64,000 nt of DNA, taken from Heterodontus francisci. Taxonomy: Eukaryota. Position numbers and translations under genes: made by a program. This document shows, piece by piece, positions 1 to 10,770 of this stretch. The stretch lies in the NCBI RefSeq assembly GCF_036365525.1, contig NC_090393.1:54576488-54640487 (forward strand). Reading direction: 5' to 3'. The notes below the pieces were generated by a model. That model did not search any database and was not told where the DNA came from. It saw only the letters and a list, made by a program, of their open reading frames with translations. How positions within the stretch are numbered: position 1 is the stretch's first letter; the number at the start of each line of letters is the position of its first letter.

Positions 1-313
1 ATGACCTTCTGTGCTGGAATCATTCTATGAGTCTATAGGCAGAATTTTACCTGCCCTGTGGTGATGGAAATGGAGACAGGGGACCTAGTAAAATGGCCTG
101 GGACAGCGGCAGGCCTGCTGCTGAGCAATTTTATGCAGTGCAACAGGTCAATGGCTGACAGATTGGCAGCAGGCAGGTAATTAAGCCTGTTAAACAGGCA
201 ATTGTCTGATTCAATTTTGTGAAAGGTGCACGAGTTTCCTGGAGACTCAGTGTCTCAGCTTCATGGAGATGTCCAAGCACCAATGTCTATGAAGACTGCG
301 TCTCAGCAGGCAG

Positions 314-1272
314 GTGATGGTGGAGCTGTATGGTAGGCTGGAGCAGGTGTTGATGCCATTGGGAAGTGATGGACAACCAATGCCCGTAGCATCAAAATGT
401 AGCGTTGGCACTCAATTTTGTTTTTGCCTATGGTTCATTCCAGGATTATCCACAGATCTATGTGGCATTTTTCAGTCAGTAGCCCATCACTGCATGAAGG
501 AAGCCACAGATGCCATGTACTGTCAGGCTGGCCAATATATCAAGTTCACAAACGATCAGGCCAGTCAGGTTGACAAGGCAGTCAGCTTCGGGGCATGGCT
601 GGATTTCCTTAGGAGCAGGTGGTCATGACTCTACACATGTGGCCATCAAGGCTCCTTCAGAGTAGCCTTTGTGAACAGGAAGGGGTTCCACTCCCTGAAT
701 GTTCAATTCATCTGCAACCACCATAAATGGATCATGCAGGTGTGCGCAAGGTTTCCAGGAAACTGTCATGAATCCTACATCCTTAGACAATCCCAGTGCC
801 TCAGCTGTTCAGACCACCCTAACATCTTCATGGTCAGATCCTGTGGGATGAGGGGGTACACACTCAGACACGGCTTCTGACCATTGTACACAACACCCAC
901 ACACAGACAGAAGACACATATGACCACTGCCGTATGACTACAAGGGCCACCATCAAGCAGACTATTGGCCTTCTGAAGATGAGGTTTAGGTGCCTTGATA
1001 GCTCTAGGGGAGCCATGCAATATGTGTCCTCAAGTATATCCTGCATCATTGTTATCTGCTGCATATTTCACAACCTGTTGCTCCAGAAGGGAGTAGTGCT
1101 GGAGCCAGAGGAAGACACTGAACAAGCCGCTACCTCAGAGGAGGAAGATAAGCATGAAGTACCTCAACAGCTGACAGTCAATGGAAATGGTGCCACGCGG
1201 CCCAGACCATTGGGCAGTGACATGCATGGCAGGGAGACTTGTGTCTCTCTGATCAGCAGACACTTCACATGA
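314..1272 (+). pseudogene. Harbinger (HARBI1-like) DDE transposase remnant, frameshifted
   Basis: ORF fragments DLCGIFQSVAHHCMKEATDA, NRKGFHSLNVQFIC...ARFPGNCHESYIL and TRATIKQTIGLLKMRFRCLD match Harbinger transposase motifs in order, across several frames. Confidence 0.85.
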
Positions 1273-2156
1273 GGTCAAGTGCAAGGGGACACTGAAATAG
1301 AAGTTCTCTCCCAGAGGCAGGCTTGCTGACCTTTTATAAGAGGATGCTACCCATCTCTCTGTACCAGTCATCACTATGTGACAAGGCCTTCTGTCAACAC
1401 AGGCATGCATGAGGTGCTCACCTTCACACACCATCCGTATATTTGATTCCTCATCTTTCCATTGCCAACTGGTACTCAAAAATGAATACATGGGTCATTA
1501 TCCATTGCATCACAAAACCTTTAACTCTAATAGCATATTAAAGGTTTCTGCATTGAACAAATAATTATCAACCATTGAAACACCAAGTGTCAGTCCATGC
1601 ATTTATGTGCTCACTCATGGTACTTCTACGGGATGTTCTCCCTGCACCTGAAGTTGATGTGGGCCAGCCTGCTGCCTTTCTTGCTCCAGTGCATGAGATG
1701 GCCATGACTTGTGTCCTCTGGGTGCCTGAGCCCTACTGGAACCCAGAACATTCAGGGCCACCTGTATCCGTGCAGGGGCCGCCTCAATTATCAGATGAGC
1801 ATGCAGCATTGATATCTCTGTCCAAGGGGCCGACGGTCAGCCTTCAGTAATCGAAGCCCCCAATGCCTTCAGCCTGTCCCTCCTTAACCCTTTCAGGCCC
1901 CACATGCACTACTGTGGTTGCCTGCAGTGTGTCACATCCTGGCAATGGGGAGATGCGTGGCTGGCCCATCTTGAACACCCATCACTCCATACATCTCATG
2001 GATGAGGCCATACTATGGAGGTTTGAGTGCACCCCTTGCTTTCACACAGTGCTATGATCTATAGGTTTATTTCTTGAGAGTCACTACTTTGTCAATGGAG
2101 GACACCATGCATGCACATGCTAGAGAAATGGCACCACTCATTAATTGGATGGGCTC

Positions 2157-3453
2157 CTCCCATGCTTTGATGCTCCCTGGCATTACAGTGTGCTTCTCCT
2201 GCAAGCACAGACGTACACAGTATCCATTCCTGTCTCGTGGCCCAACTCTGCTGGTCACTCTGAGTCACTGTAAATGTGCAGTACCATGTCACTGGGATGG
2301 CATTATGACACAGCCATTCAGCCATCTAAATGCAGCATTCACCCATCACTGACCATGTCATTCGGTTGCATGTGAATTGGGTGCCTCAATGTGAATGTTG
2401 GTGCTTGGTGTTGCCTCATGCATGGGTCTACCACCTGGTCTTAGATTTCGTAGGCACTTTTTAATTCATGCTGGGCTTCTATGCATGGGAGTGCACTACC
2501 TCTGGAAACTTTGACAGATGTTTACACATTTCACACTGCTGTTGAAGGATTTACCACCTTGCTGATGACACTCGAGGCTTGCCATCTGAATGGATCTGAG
2601 CATGGCTGGGCCTCGCCTCATTGCTCTGAGAGCAAGTGGCGCTGCTGTCACTGCCTCTGTTACCTCCTCCTGTGCATCTGTGCAGTGCCTACCAGATTGT
2701 GTGACCTGTTCTACATGCGCAACAAAGCCCACTGGCATAAGTGTATCTGCACTGGTGGAGAGTGTGCTGGAATGAACTGACGCTGTGTGCGAGATGTAAT
2801 AGATCGTCTGAACTTTCCAGTGTACAATGAGCCCTTGTCTTTTCCTCATCTGCTGCTGTACCTGCTGTAGAGACGTGATTTAAGTGAAACAGCTGCTCCT
2901 TCAATCAACCTCTGGTGCCTCCCCTTGATCAGGAGCTTCCATGAGTGTTAAAGGCCCACGCAGGTACCACAGCTCACACATGATTGAGGAAATGATGGAT
3001 GCAACCGTCACTTTACTTACTCTCCATTGCTTCCATACCCATGCTCTATGACAGGCTGCCCTGCCACAACCCTTCTGACGTCCATGGCCTCCTCTTCCAT
3101 CGGCGCCACCATGGTGATGGATGACACTCCACCTCCCATGCATTGATGCTCCCTGGCATTATAGTGTGCTTCTCCTGCAAGCACAGACATACACAGTATC
3201 CATTCCTGTCTCATGGCCCAACTCTGCTTGTCACTCTGTCACTGTAAATGTGCCATACCATGACACTGGGATGGTATTATGACACAGCCATTCAGCCATC
3301 TAAATGCAGCATTCACCCATCACTGACCATGTCATTTGGTTGCGTGTGAATTGGGTGCTTCAATTTGAATGTTGGTGCCTGGTGTTGCCTCATGCATGAG
3401 CCTACCACCTGGCCTTAGATTTCATGGGCACCTTTTAATTCATGCTGGGCTTC
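2157..3453. repeat. ~320-bp direct duplication (2157-2479 and 3133-3453) inside the Harbinger relic
   Basis: Both copies run CTCCCATGC..TGATGCTCCCTGGCATTA..GTGTGCTTCTCCTGCAAGCACAGAC to TTAATTCATGCTGGGCTTC, offset ~976 bp. Confidence 0.9.
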
Positions 3454-3924
3454 CAGTTTGCCATTCCTAATGCCAGTCACCTTTCCAGACCTCACCAAGT
3501 CATTAAATATCTTCCAGCACTGAATCCATACTCTTGCAAGCACCCCTAAACTAATGACTAGCTCTTCCATATCCAGCCATGTTTTCTCTGTTGGCTTGCT
3601 GCATGCAGTAGAACCCCTAGGGAGGGATTACTGAACCTTGGAGGGACTCTTCCTCATGATACAGCCATTCCTCTGCAGTCTCTGTTGATCTAAACCCCTT
3701 CCTTTGCAGCCTTTGTGTCTGTGGCCTGTCTGAATATGCCTTTAAAAATGGTGCCTAACAGCGAGCTGCCCGCACTATAACCTAATTGGCTGGCTTCCTG
3801 TGCCTGTTGGCCCTTAATTGGCTTTTCACGGTAAAATCGTTGAGGAAGTCCCGCCCATTCATGCCACCAACCTAAATATCCCTCCAATGTCGGATCATCT
3901 ACTCCATCTGCATAATTCAGCCCA

Positions 3925-4365
3925 TGTAGTGCTTTTCACAACCACAGGACGTACCAAAGCACTTTACAGCCAATGAAGTACTTATGAAATGTAGTTACTG
4001 TTGCAATGTAGGAAATATAACAGCCAATTTGCTCACAACAAACTCCCACAAACAACAATGTGATAATGAGCTGATAATCTATTTTTATGATGTTGATTGA
4101 TAAATAAGGCCAGGACAATGGGAATAACTGCCCTGCTCTTCTTCAATATAGTGGCATGGGATTTTCACATCCATCTGAGAGGGAAGATTAGGCCTCAGTT
4201 TAACGTTTCATCCGGAAGAGGACACTTCTCACAGTGCAGCACTCTCTTGGTACTGCACTGATGTATAAGCCTAGCTTGTTGTGCTCAAGTCCTGGCGTCC
4301 GGGAACTTGAATCCATTACCTTCTGACTCTGGCCACTGTGCTACCAACTGAGCCATGGTTGACAC
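3925..4365 (-). mobile_element. tRNA-derived SINE, Deu-domain-like
   Basis: The minus strand begins with TGGCTCAGTTGGTAGCA (A-box-like), then a degenerate B box and a GACTTGAGCAC...CAGTGCAGTAC...GAGTGCTGCACTG body. The family assignment is from recall. Confidence 0.65.
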
Positions 4366-5020
4366 ATAAGAGTAGAAAGAGTCGATAGAGAGAAAGAGAC
4401 TGTTTCCACTGGCAGGATGTTGGGTAGAACAGCTAACACGGATTTAGGTTAATTGGCTAAAGAACGAAAGGAGGGGAGAATAAGTGGTTTATTTTACGCA
4501 TCGAGTTGTTATGCTCTGGAATGAACTATCTGAAAGGGTGGTGGAAGTAGATACATTAATAGCTATTCAAAGGGGGATCATATATACATTTGAAGAGTAA
4601 GCAGATACAAAATAGGCCGAATGACCTCGTTCTTTGCTGTATGGTTTTATGATTCTATGAAATGATAAACATTAATGTAGAAAGGAAATTGCATAACATT
4701 GGAAAAAAAAGATCTCTTCTAGGTACGTTATTAAATTTACATTACAATATATATAGTGCGTTTCTATTTCCTTTAATGAATTGTTATCTATTCCTTTCTC
4801 CATAGGAGAAATAAGACAGTGTTCTCAAGCTTTTTTATTTCCTACTGTTGGCCCCTGGCATTATACAATTGACACTAATGGGCTTTCGTTGCATTAAGTT
4901 TCTCATGCGTTTGTAAATTGACACTGAAACGGTAATATATTTGATGAAAGTAAAGCAATCATTCCCATTTTTTACTTTCAAGGAAGAATCAATGTCCTTT
5001 CATTTGTTTGTACTTTTCAG

Positions 5021-7724
5021 ATCTGCAGAGCCCCTTGGTTTCCATCCTTCCATCTTTATCTGATGAAATCAGGGAAAAGAGCACCGCGACCGTGGTGCGT
5101 TGGTCAGCGTTTTTAACCCGGGAGCTGTGGAGATTGAGTGGACTGTAGATGACAGTGTGAGAAGGAATGGGGTCAACACGAGCAGAATTTCTTATGCACA
5201 GCTGTTAGAAAAAATTCTAAATTCACTTGTAAAAGCCCTTCAAAACACTCCCACAGGGGATGCTGAGACCAAGTGGGCCCACATCAGAGACGCCATCTAT
5301 GAGTCAACTTTGACCACCTATGGCAAATGTGTGAAGAGAAATGCAGGCTGGTTTCAATCTCATTTTGAAGAGCTGGAACCTTTCATAGCCGCGAAGCGCA
5401 TTGCACTGTTGAACTACAAGAAAGCCCCCAGCGAGTTAACATCCGTAGCACTTAAAACAGCCAGAAGCGCTGCACAAACAACAGCCAGGCACTGCGCAAA
5501 TGACTACTGGAAACACCTATGCAGTCATATTCAGCTGGCCTCAGACACCGGAAATATCAGAGGAATGTATGATGGCATTAAGAGAGCTTTTGGGCCAACC
5601 ATCAAGAAGATCGCCCCCCTCAAATCTAAATCAGGGGACACAATCACTGACCAACGCAAGCAAATGGACCACTGGGTTGGGCAAACATTCTCCAGGGAGA
5701 ATGTTGTCACTGAGACCGCCACCAATGCAGCCCAGCCTCTACCAGTCATGGATGAGCTGGATGTACAGCCAACAAAATCGGAACTCAGTGATGCCATTGA
5801 TTCTCTAGCCAGCGGAAAAGCCCCTGGGAAGAACGGCATTACCCCTGAAATAATCAAGAGTGCCAAGCCTGCTATACACTCAGCACTCCATGAACTGCTT
5901 TGCCTGTGCTGGGACGAGGGAGCAGTACCTCTAGACATGTGCGATGCCAATATCATCACCCTCTATAAAAACAAAGGTGACTGCGGTGACTGCAACAACT
6001 ACCGTGGAATCTCCCTGCTCAGCATAGTGGAGAAAGTCTTTGTTCGAGTCGCTTTATACAGGCTCCAGAAGCTGGCCGAGCGCGTCTACCCTGAGGCACA
6101 GTGTGGCTTTCGTGCAGAGAGATCGACCATTGACATGCTGTTCTCCATTCGTCAGATACAGGAGAAATGCCGCGAACAACAGATGCCCCTCTACGTTGCT
6201 TTCATTGATCTTACCAAAGCCTTTGACCTCGTCAGCAGACGTGGTCTCTTCAGACTACTCGAAAAGATCGGATGTCCACCAAAGCTACTAAGTATCATCA
6301 CCTCATTCCATGACAATACGAAAGGCACAATTCAGCATAACGGCACCTCATCAGACCCCTTTCCTATCCTGAGTGGCGTGAAACAGGGCTGTGTTCTCGC
6401 ACCCACACTGTTTGGGATTTTCTTCTCCCTGCTGCTCTCACATGCGTTCAAGTCTTCAGAAGAAGGAATTTTCCTCCACACAAGATCAGGGGGCAGGTTG
6501 TTCAACCTTGCCCGTCTAAGAGCGAAGACCAAAGTACGGAATGTCCTCATCAGGGAACTCCTCTTTGCTGATGATGCTGCTTTAACATCTCACACTGAAG
6601 AGTGTCTGCAGAGTCTCATCGACAGGTTTGCGGCTGCCTGCAACAAATTTGGCCTAACCATCAGCCTCAAGAAAACGAACATCATGGGACAGGATGTCAG
6701 AAATGCTCCATCCATCAATATTGGCGACCACGCTCTGGAAGTGGTTCAAGAGTTCACCTACCTAGGCTCAGCTATCACCAGTAACCTGTCTCTCAATGCA
6801 GAAATCAACAAGCGCCTGGGAAAGGCTTCCACTGCTATGTCCAGACTGGCCAAGAGACTGTAGGAAAATGGCGCACTGACACGGAACACAAAAGTCCGAG
6901 TGTATCAAGCCTGTGTCCTCAGTACCTTGCTCTATGGCAGCGAGGCCTGGACAACGTATGTCAGCCAAGAGCGACGTCTCAATTCATTCCATCTTCGCTG
7001 CCTCCGGAGAATCCTTGGCATCAGGTGGCAGGACCGTATCTCCAACACAAAAGTCCTCAAGGCGGCCAACATCCCCAGCTTATACACACTACTGAGTCAG
7101 CGGCGCTTGAGATGGCTTGGCCATGTGAGCCGCATGGAAGATGGCAGGATCCCCAAAGACACATTGTACAGTGAGCTCGCCACTGGCATCAGACCCACCG
7201 GCCGTCCATGTCTCCACTTTAAAGACATCTGCAAATGCGACATGAAGTCATGTGACATTGATTACAAGTCGTGGGAGTCAGTCGCCAGCGATCGCCAGAG
7301 CTGGCGGGCAGCCATAAAGGCGGGGCTAAAGTGTGGCGCGTCGAAGAGACTTAGCAGTTGGCAGGAAAAAAGACAGAAGCGCAAAGGGAGAGCCAACTGT
7401 GTAACAGCCCCGGCAACCAATTTTATCTGCAGCACCTGTGGAAGAGTCTGTCACTCTAATATTGGCCTTTATAGCCACTCCAGGCGCTTACCCATAGTCT
7501 CTCGAGACAAGGAGGCCAAAGATGGAGATGACAGTGTGAGAGGGAATGGTGTTGAGACCAGTCGCATCCAGCAGGAGACGTACAACACGTTCAGTGTGAG
7601 CAGTTATCTGACTGCCAGCCTCGGAGTGGAACTGAGACGAGCTTTACACCTGTGTAGTTAAACACGAGACTCTGGCGAACCCTCTTCAAACAAGTATACC
7701 CGATTCCGGAATATTATGTACTGA
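5021..7724 (+). pseudogene. Immunoglobulin light-chain constant-region pseudo-exon (lambda/type II), interrupted by an RTE LINE
   Basis: Acceptor TTTTCAG at 5014-5020, and colinear with the C exon at 61259-61581. Lesions: 1-nt deletion at the first Cys codon (~5098-5100, so the spliced frame stops at TAG 5146-5148), LINE insertion, 2-nt deletion at ~7613, TCA>TGA at ~7633. AATAAA at 7917-7922. Confidence 0.93.
5171..7525 (+). mobile_element. 5'-truncated RTE-clade LINE (RT domain plus C-terminal zinc-finger-like motif)
   Basis: Motifs NYRGISLL, QCGFR, FIDLTKAFDLV, GVKQGCVLAPTLF, LFADD, RRLRWLGHVSRMEDGRIPK and CSTCGRVCHS. 24-bp TSD AGATGACAGTGTGAGA(A/G)GGAATGG at 5147-5170 and 7526-7549 (1 mismatch). 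One in-frame TAG at 6861-6863. Confidence 0.93.
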
Positions 7725-8690
7725 TTTGTTATAACTTTAACAAATTTTCTTTTAAAAATAAATTCCATAATCAGATATTACTTGTTTGATTTTACAAAAA
7801 CAATTTAAATTGTAACGAAAGACGTGCAGTTTGTCCACCGGAATCTGTTGGCTGTATCGTGCCGTTCACAATGAAAAGTTCAAATCTTCAGTTCAATGTT
7901 ACAAATAGCGCGGTGGAATAAATGACTCGACCGTTGACTCAGGTGCAATTATTCTTCTCTGCCCAATATCCCTCTACCAATTCATAGCAACTTTCTAAGA
8001 TTGGTTAACTAGCTATATTCTGCATATTGTATGTAAAGTCAATGGAAACAGTCAGAATAGTATGATTACAGACACGATGGATGACTGGAGTTTAAAATTT
8101 CGTGTAAGAAATCTAACAGTATAAACAGTAGATTAAAAACAGAAGTGTTTGAATTTTGTCCACGTGGGGAAGGAGCTGACCTATGTGACCGTGCTCTTAT
8201 GACAATTCAAAGCAAGTGTTGTAAGCTCTTCTAAATCATCTAGTTACATAAATTCAGGGTGAACTCTATGACCGCCTTCCTGTTGGATTTTCCCGACCTA
8301 GCGCGGTAATTTCTGGCATTGCACCATTTTTAAAAGATACGATGACTTTAATCATTGGTCAATACTCGTTATGTTGAAGCAAATGCTACCAGCCTAAATT
8401 CAAACTGTCATAGCTGCAAATTTATGGAAGCACTCGACTTAGACCAGCTCAGATAACAGTCGCGCTTCACATTAATCACAAAATATTCCTTTAGTACATA
8501 ATGCTGTTTGTTCGGACTGATTTGGGAACACATAAATACATTGCTAAAATAGGAACACTAGTTGTTAAGGTCATTAAGACTGCAAACAGAGAACTGGCGT
8601 TCATTTCCAGAGGAATGGAACACAAAACATTTTTAAAAAATGTATATAGATCGTAGGTTATACCTTACTTGGCGGACTGCGGGTAGGAGG

Positions 8691-8789
8691 TGGCGTAGTG
8701 GTATGGGTAGGCGGTGGCATTGTGGTATTATGACTAGACTAATAACCCGGTGACCCAGGATATTTCTCTGGGGACATGGGTTCGAATCC
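8691..8789 (+). promoter_or_regulatory. RNA polymerase III type-2 internal promoter (A box duplicated, B box)
   Basis: TGGCGTAGTGG and TGGCATTGTGG lie in a 24-nt tandem duplication (8681-8704 and 8705-8728). A consensus B box GGTTCGAATCC is at 8779-8789. Confidence 0.7.
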
Positions 8790-9822
8790 CACCACAGCAG
8801 AAGGTGGAATTTGAATTTGCTGAATAAATCTGGAATTAAAAAGCTAGTCTAATGATGGCCATGAAACCATTGTCGATTGTTGTAAAAAAACCCATCTGGT
8901 TCACTAATGCCCGTCAGGGAAGGAAATCTGCTGTCCTCACCTGGTCTGGCCTACATGTGACTCCAGACCCACAGCAATGTGGTTAACTCTTACATGCCCT
9001 TTGTAATAGCCCAGCAAGGCACTCAGTTGTACCTAACCGCTACGAAGTCAATAAAAAGGAATGAAACTGGATGAACCACCCGGCAACGGAAATGACAATG
9101 GCAAAGCCAGCCCCGTCGATCCTGCAAAGTCCTCCATACGAATATCTGGGGGCTTGTGCCAAAGTTGGCAGAGCTGTCCCACAGACTAGTCAAGCAACAG
9201 CCTGACATCGTCATACTCACAGAATCATACCTTACAGACAATGTCCCAGACAGTACCATCCGGGTATGTCCTGCCCCACCGGCAGGACAGACCCAGCAGA
9301 GGTGGTGGCACAGTGGTATACAGTAGGGAGGGAGTTGCCCTGGGAGTCCACAACAGCGACTCCGGACCCCATGAAGTCTCATGGCATCAGGTCAAGCATG
9401 GGCAAGGTAACGTCCTACTGATTACCACCTACCACCCTCCCTCAGCTGATGAGTCAGTACTCATATATTTGGGCCGTTTAAAATAACTTGCCTTTCATTG
9501 CAGCAGCTTATTTGGGAGCAGAGAGTGCGAGCGAGTGATCAGCTGGGAAGGTCAGTTTCAAAGTAAACTTAATTTCCTTTTGTTTTCGGCGGTGACCAGG
9601 GGGCTGCTGGGTAAGTAAAACCCTATATATTTGGGCCGTTTCTGAACCTGAGACTCTACACGGGTAGTGTCTCCCACCCGCCCTCCTCCTCTAACCAAAA
9701 GAAAAGGACTCGGTGGTGTGTAGATAAGGTAAGGCTTTTTCTATTTCTCTTTTTTTTATCGTGTGATTGGTAAAAACTTTTAGTTCCTTTTTCATTTAAC
9801 TAAGTTAAGCTTAAGATTAAAA

Positions 9823-10770
9823 ATGGTAGGAGACCTCAGACCCGTGTCATGCTCCTCTTGCTCAATGTGGGAGCTCAGGGACACGGCTGATGTCCCTGAC
9901 TCCTTCATGTGCAGGAAGTGTGTCCAGCTGCAGCTCTTGTTAGACCGCATGACGGCTCTGGAGCTGCGGATGGACTCACTTTGGAGCATGCGCGATGCTG
10001 AGGAGGTCGTGGATAGCACGTTTAGCGAATTGGTCACACCGCAGATTAGGATTGCTGAGGGAGAAAGGGAATGGGTGACCAAAAAGCAGAGAAAGAGCAG
10101 GAAGGCAGCGCAGGAGTCCCTTGCAGTCATCTCCCTCCAAAACAAGTATACCATTTTGGATACTGTTGAGGGAGATGGCTCACCAGGGGAAGGCAGCAGT
10201 AGCCAGGTTCATGGCACCGTGGCTGGCTCTGCTGTTCGGAAGGGCGGGAAAAAGAGTGGAAGGGCTATAGTCATCGGGGATTCGATTGTAAGGGGAGTAG
10301 ATAGGCGGTTCTGTGGTCGAAAACGAGACTCCCGAATGGTATGTTGCCTCCCAGGTGCACGGGTCAGGGATGTCTCAGATTGGCTGCAGAACATTCTGAA
10401 GGGGGAGGGTGAACAGCCAGTTGTCATTGTGCACATAGGCACCAATGATATAGGTAAAAAACGGGATGAGGTCCTACAAGCATAATTTAGGGAGTTAGGA
10501 GCCAAGTTAAAAAGTAGGACCTCAGAGGTAGTAATCTCAGGATTGCTACCAGTGCCACGTGATAGTCAGAGTCGAAATGAAAGAATAGTCAGGATGAATG
10601 CGTGGCTTGAGAGATGGTGCAGGAAGGAGGGGTTCAGATTTTTGGGACATTGGGACCAGTTCTGGGGGAGGTGGGACTATTACAAATTGGATGGTCTACA
10701 CCTGGGTCGGACTGGAACCAATGCCCTTGGGGGTGCTTTTGCTAACGCTGTTGGGGAGGGTTTAAACTAA
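9823..10770 (+). pseudogene. CR1 ORF1 (Cys-rich finger/leucine zipper plus SGNH esterase), one premature stop
   Basis: CSSC..CRKC, IVIGDSIVRG, CLPGARV, VHIGTND and DGLHL. An in-frame TAA at 10483-10485 separates two same-frame ORFs. Confidence 0.9.

Larger units (their letters stand above)
37..3923 (+). mobile_element. Degenerate PIF/Harbinger DNA transposon
   Basis: Contains broken HARBI1-like transposase motifs. The ends AGGCAGAATTTTAC (37-50) and GCATAATTCAGCCC (3910-3923) resemble the GGGCTGAATTTTAC TIR of the MITEs elsewhere in the window. Confidence 0.7.

Noticed and set aside
5100-6863. 587-aa ORF as a currently functional Ig-RT fusion gene
   Set aside because: It starts at a TTG inside a pseudo-exon. 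Splicing into the acceptor at 5021 gives a frame that stops at 5146-5148 because of a 1-nt deletion.
8681-8800. tRNA gene
   Set aside because: It has A and B boxes, but I could not form a cloverleaf and it continues into a retroelement body. It is a tRNA-derived head.
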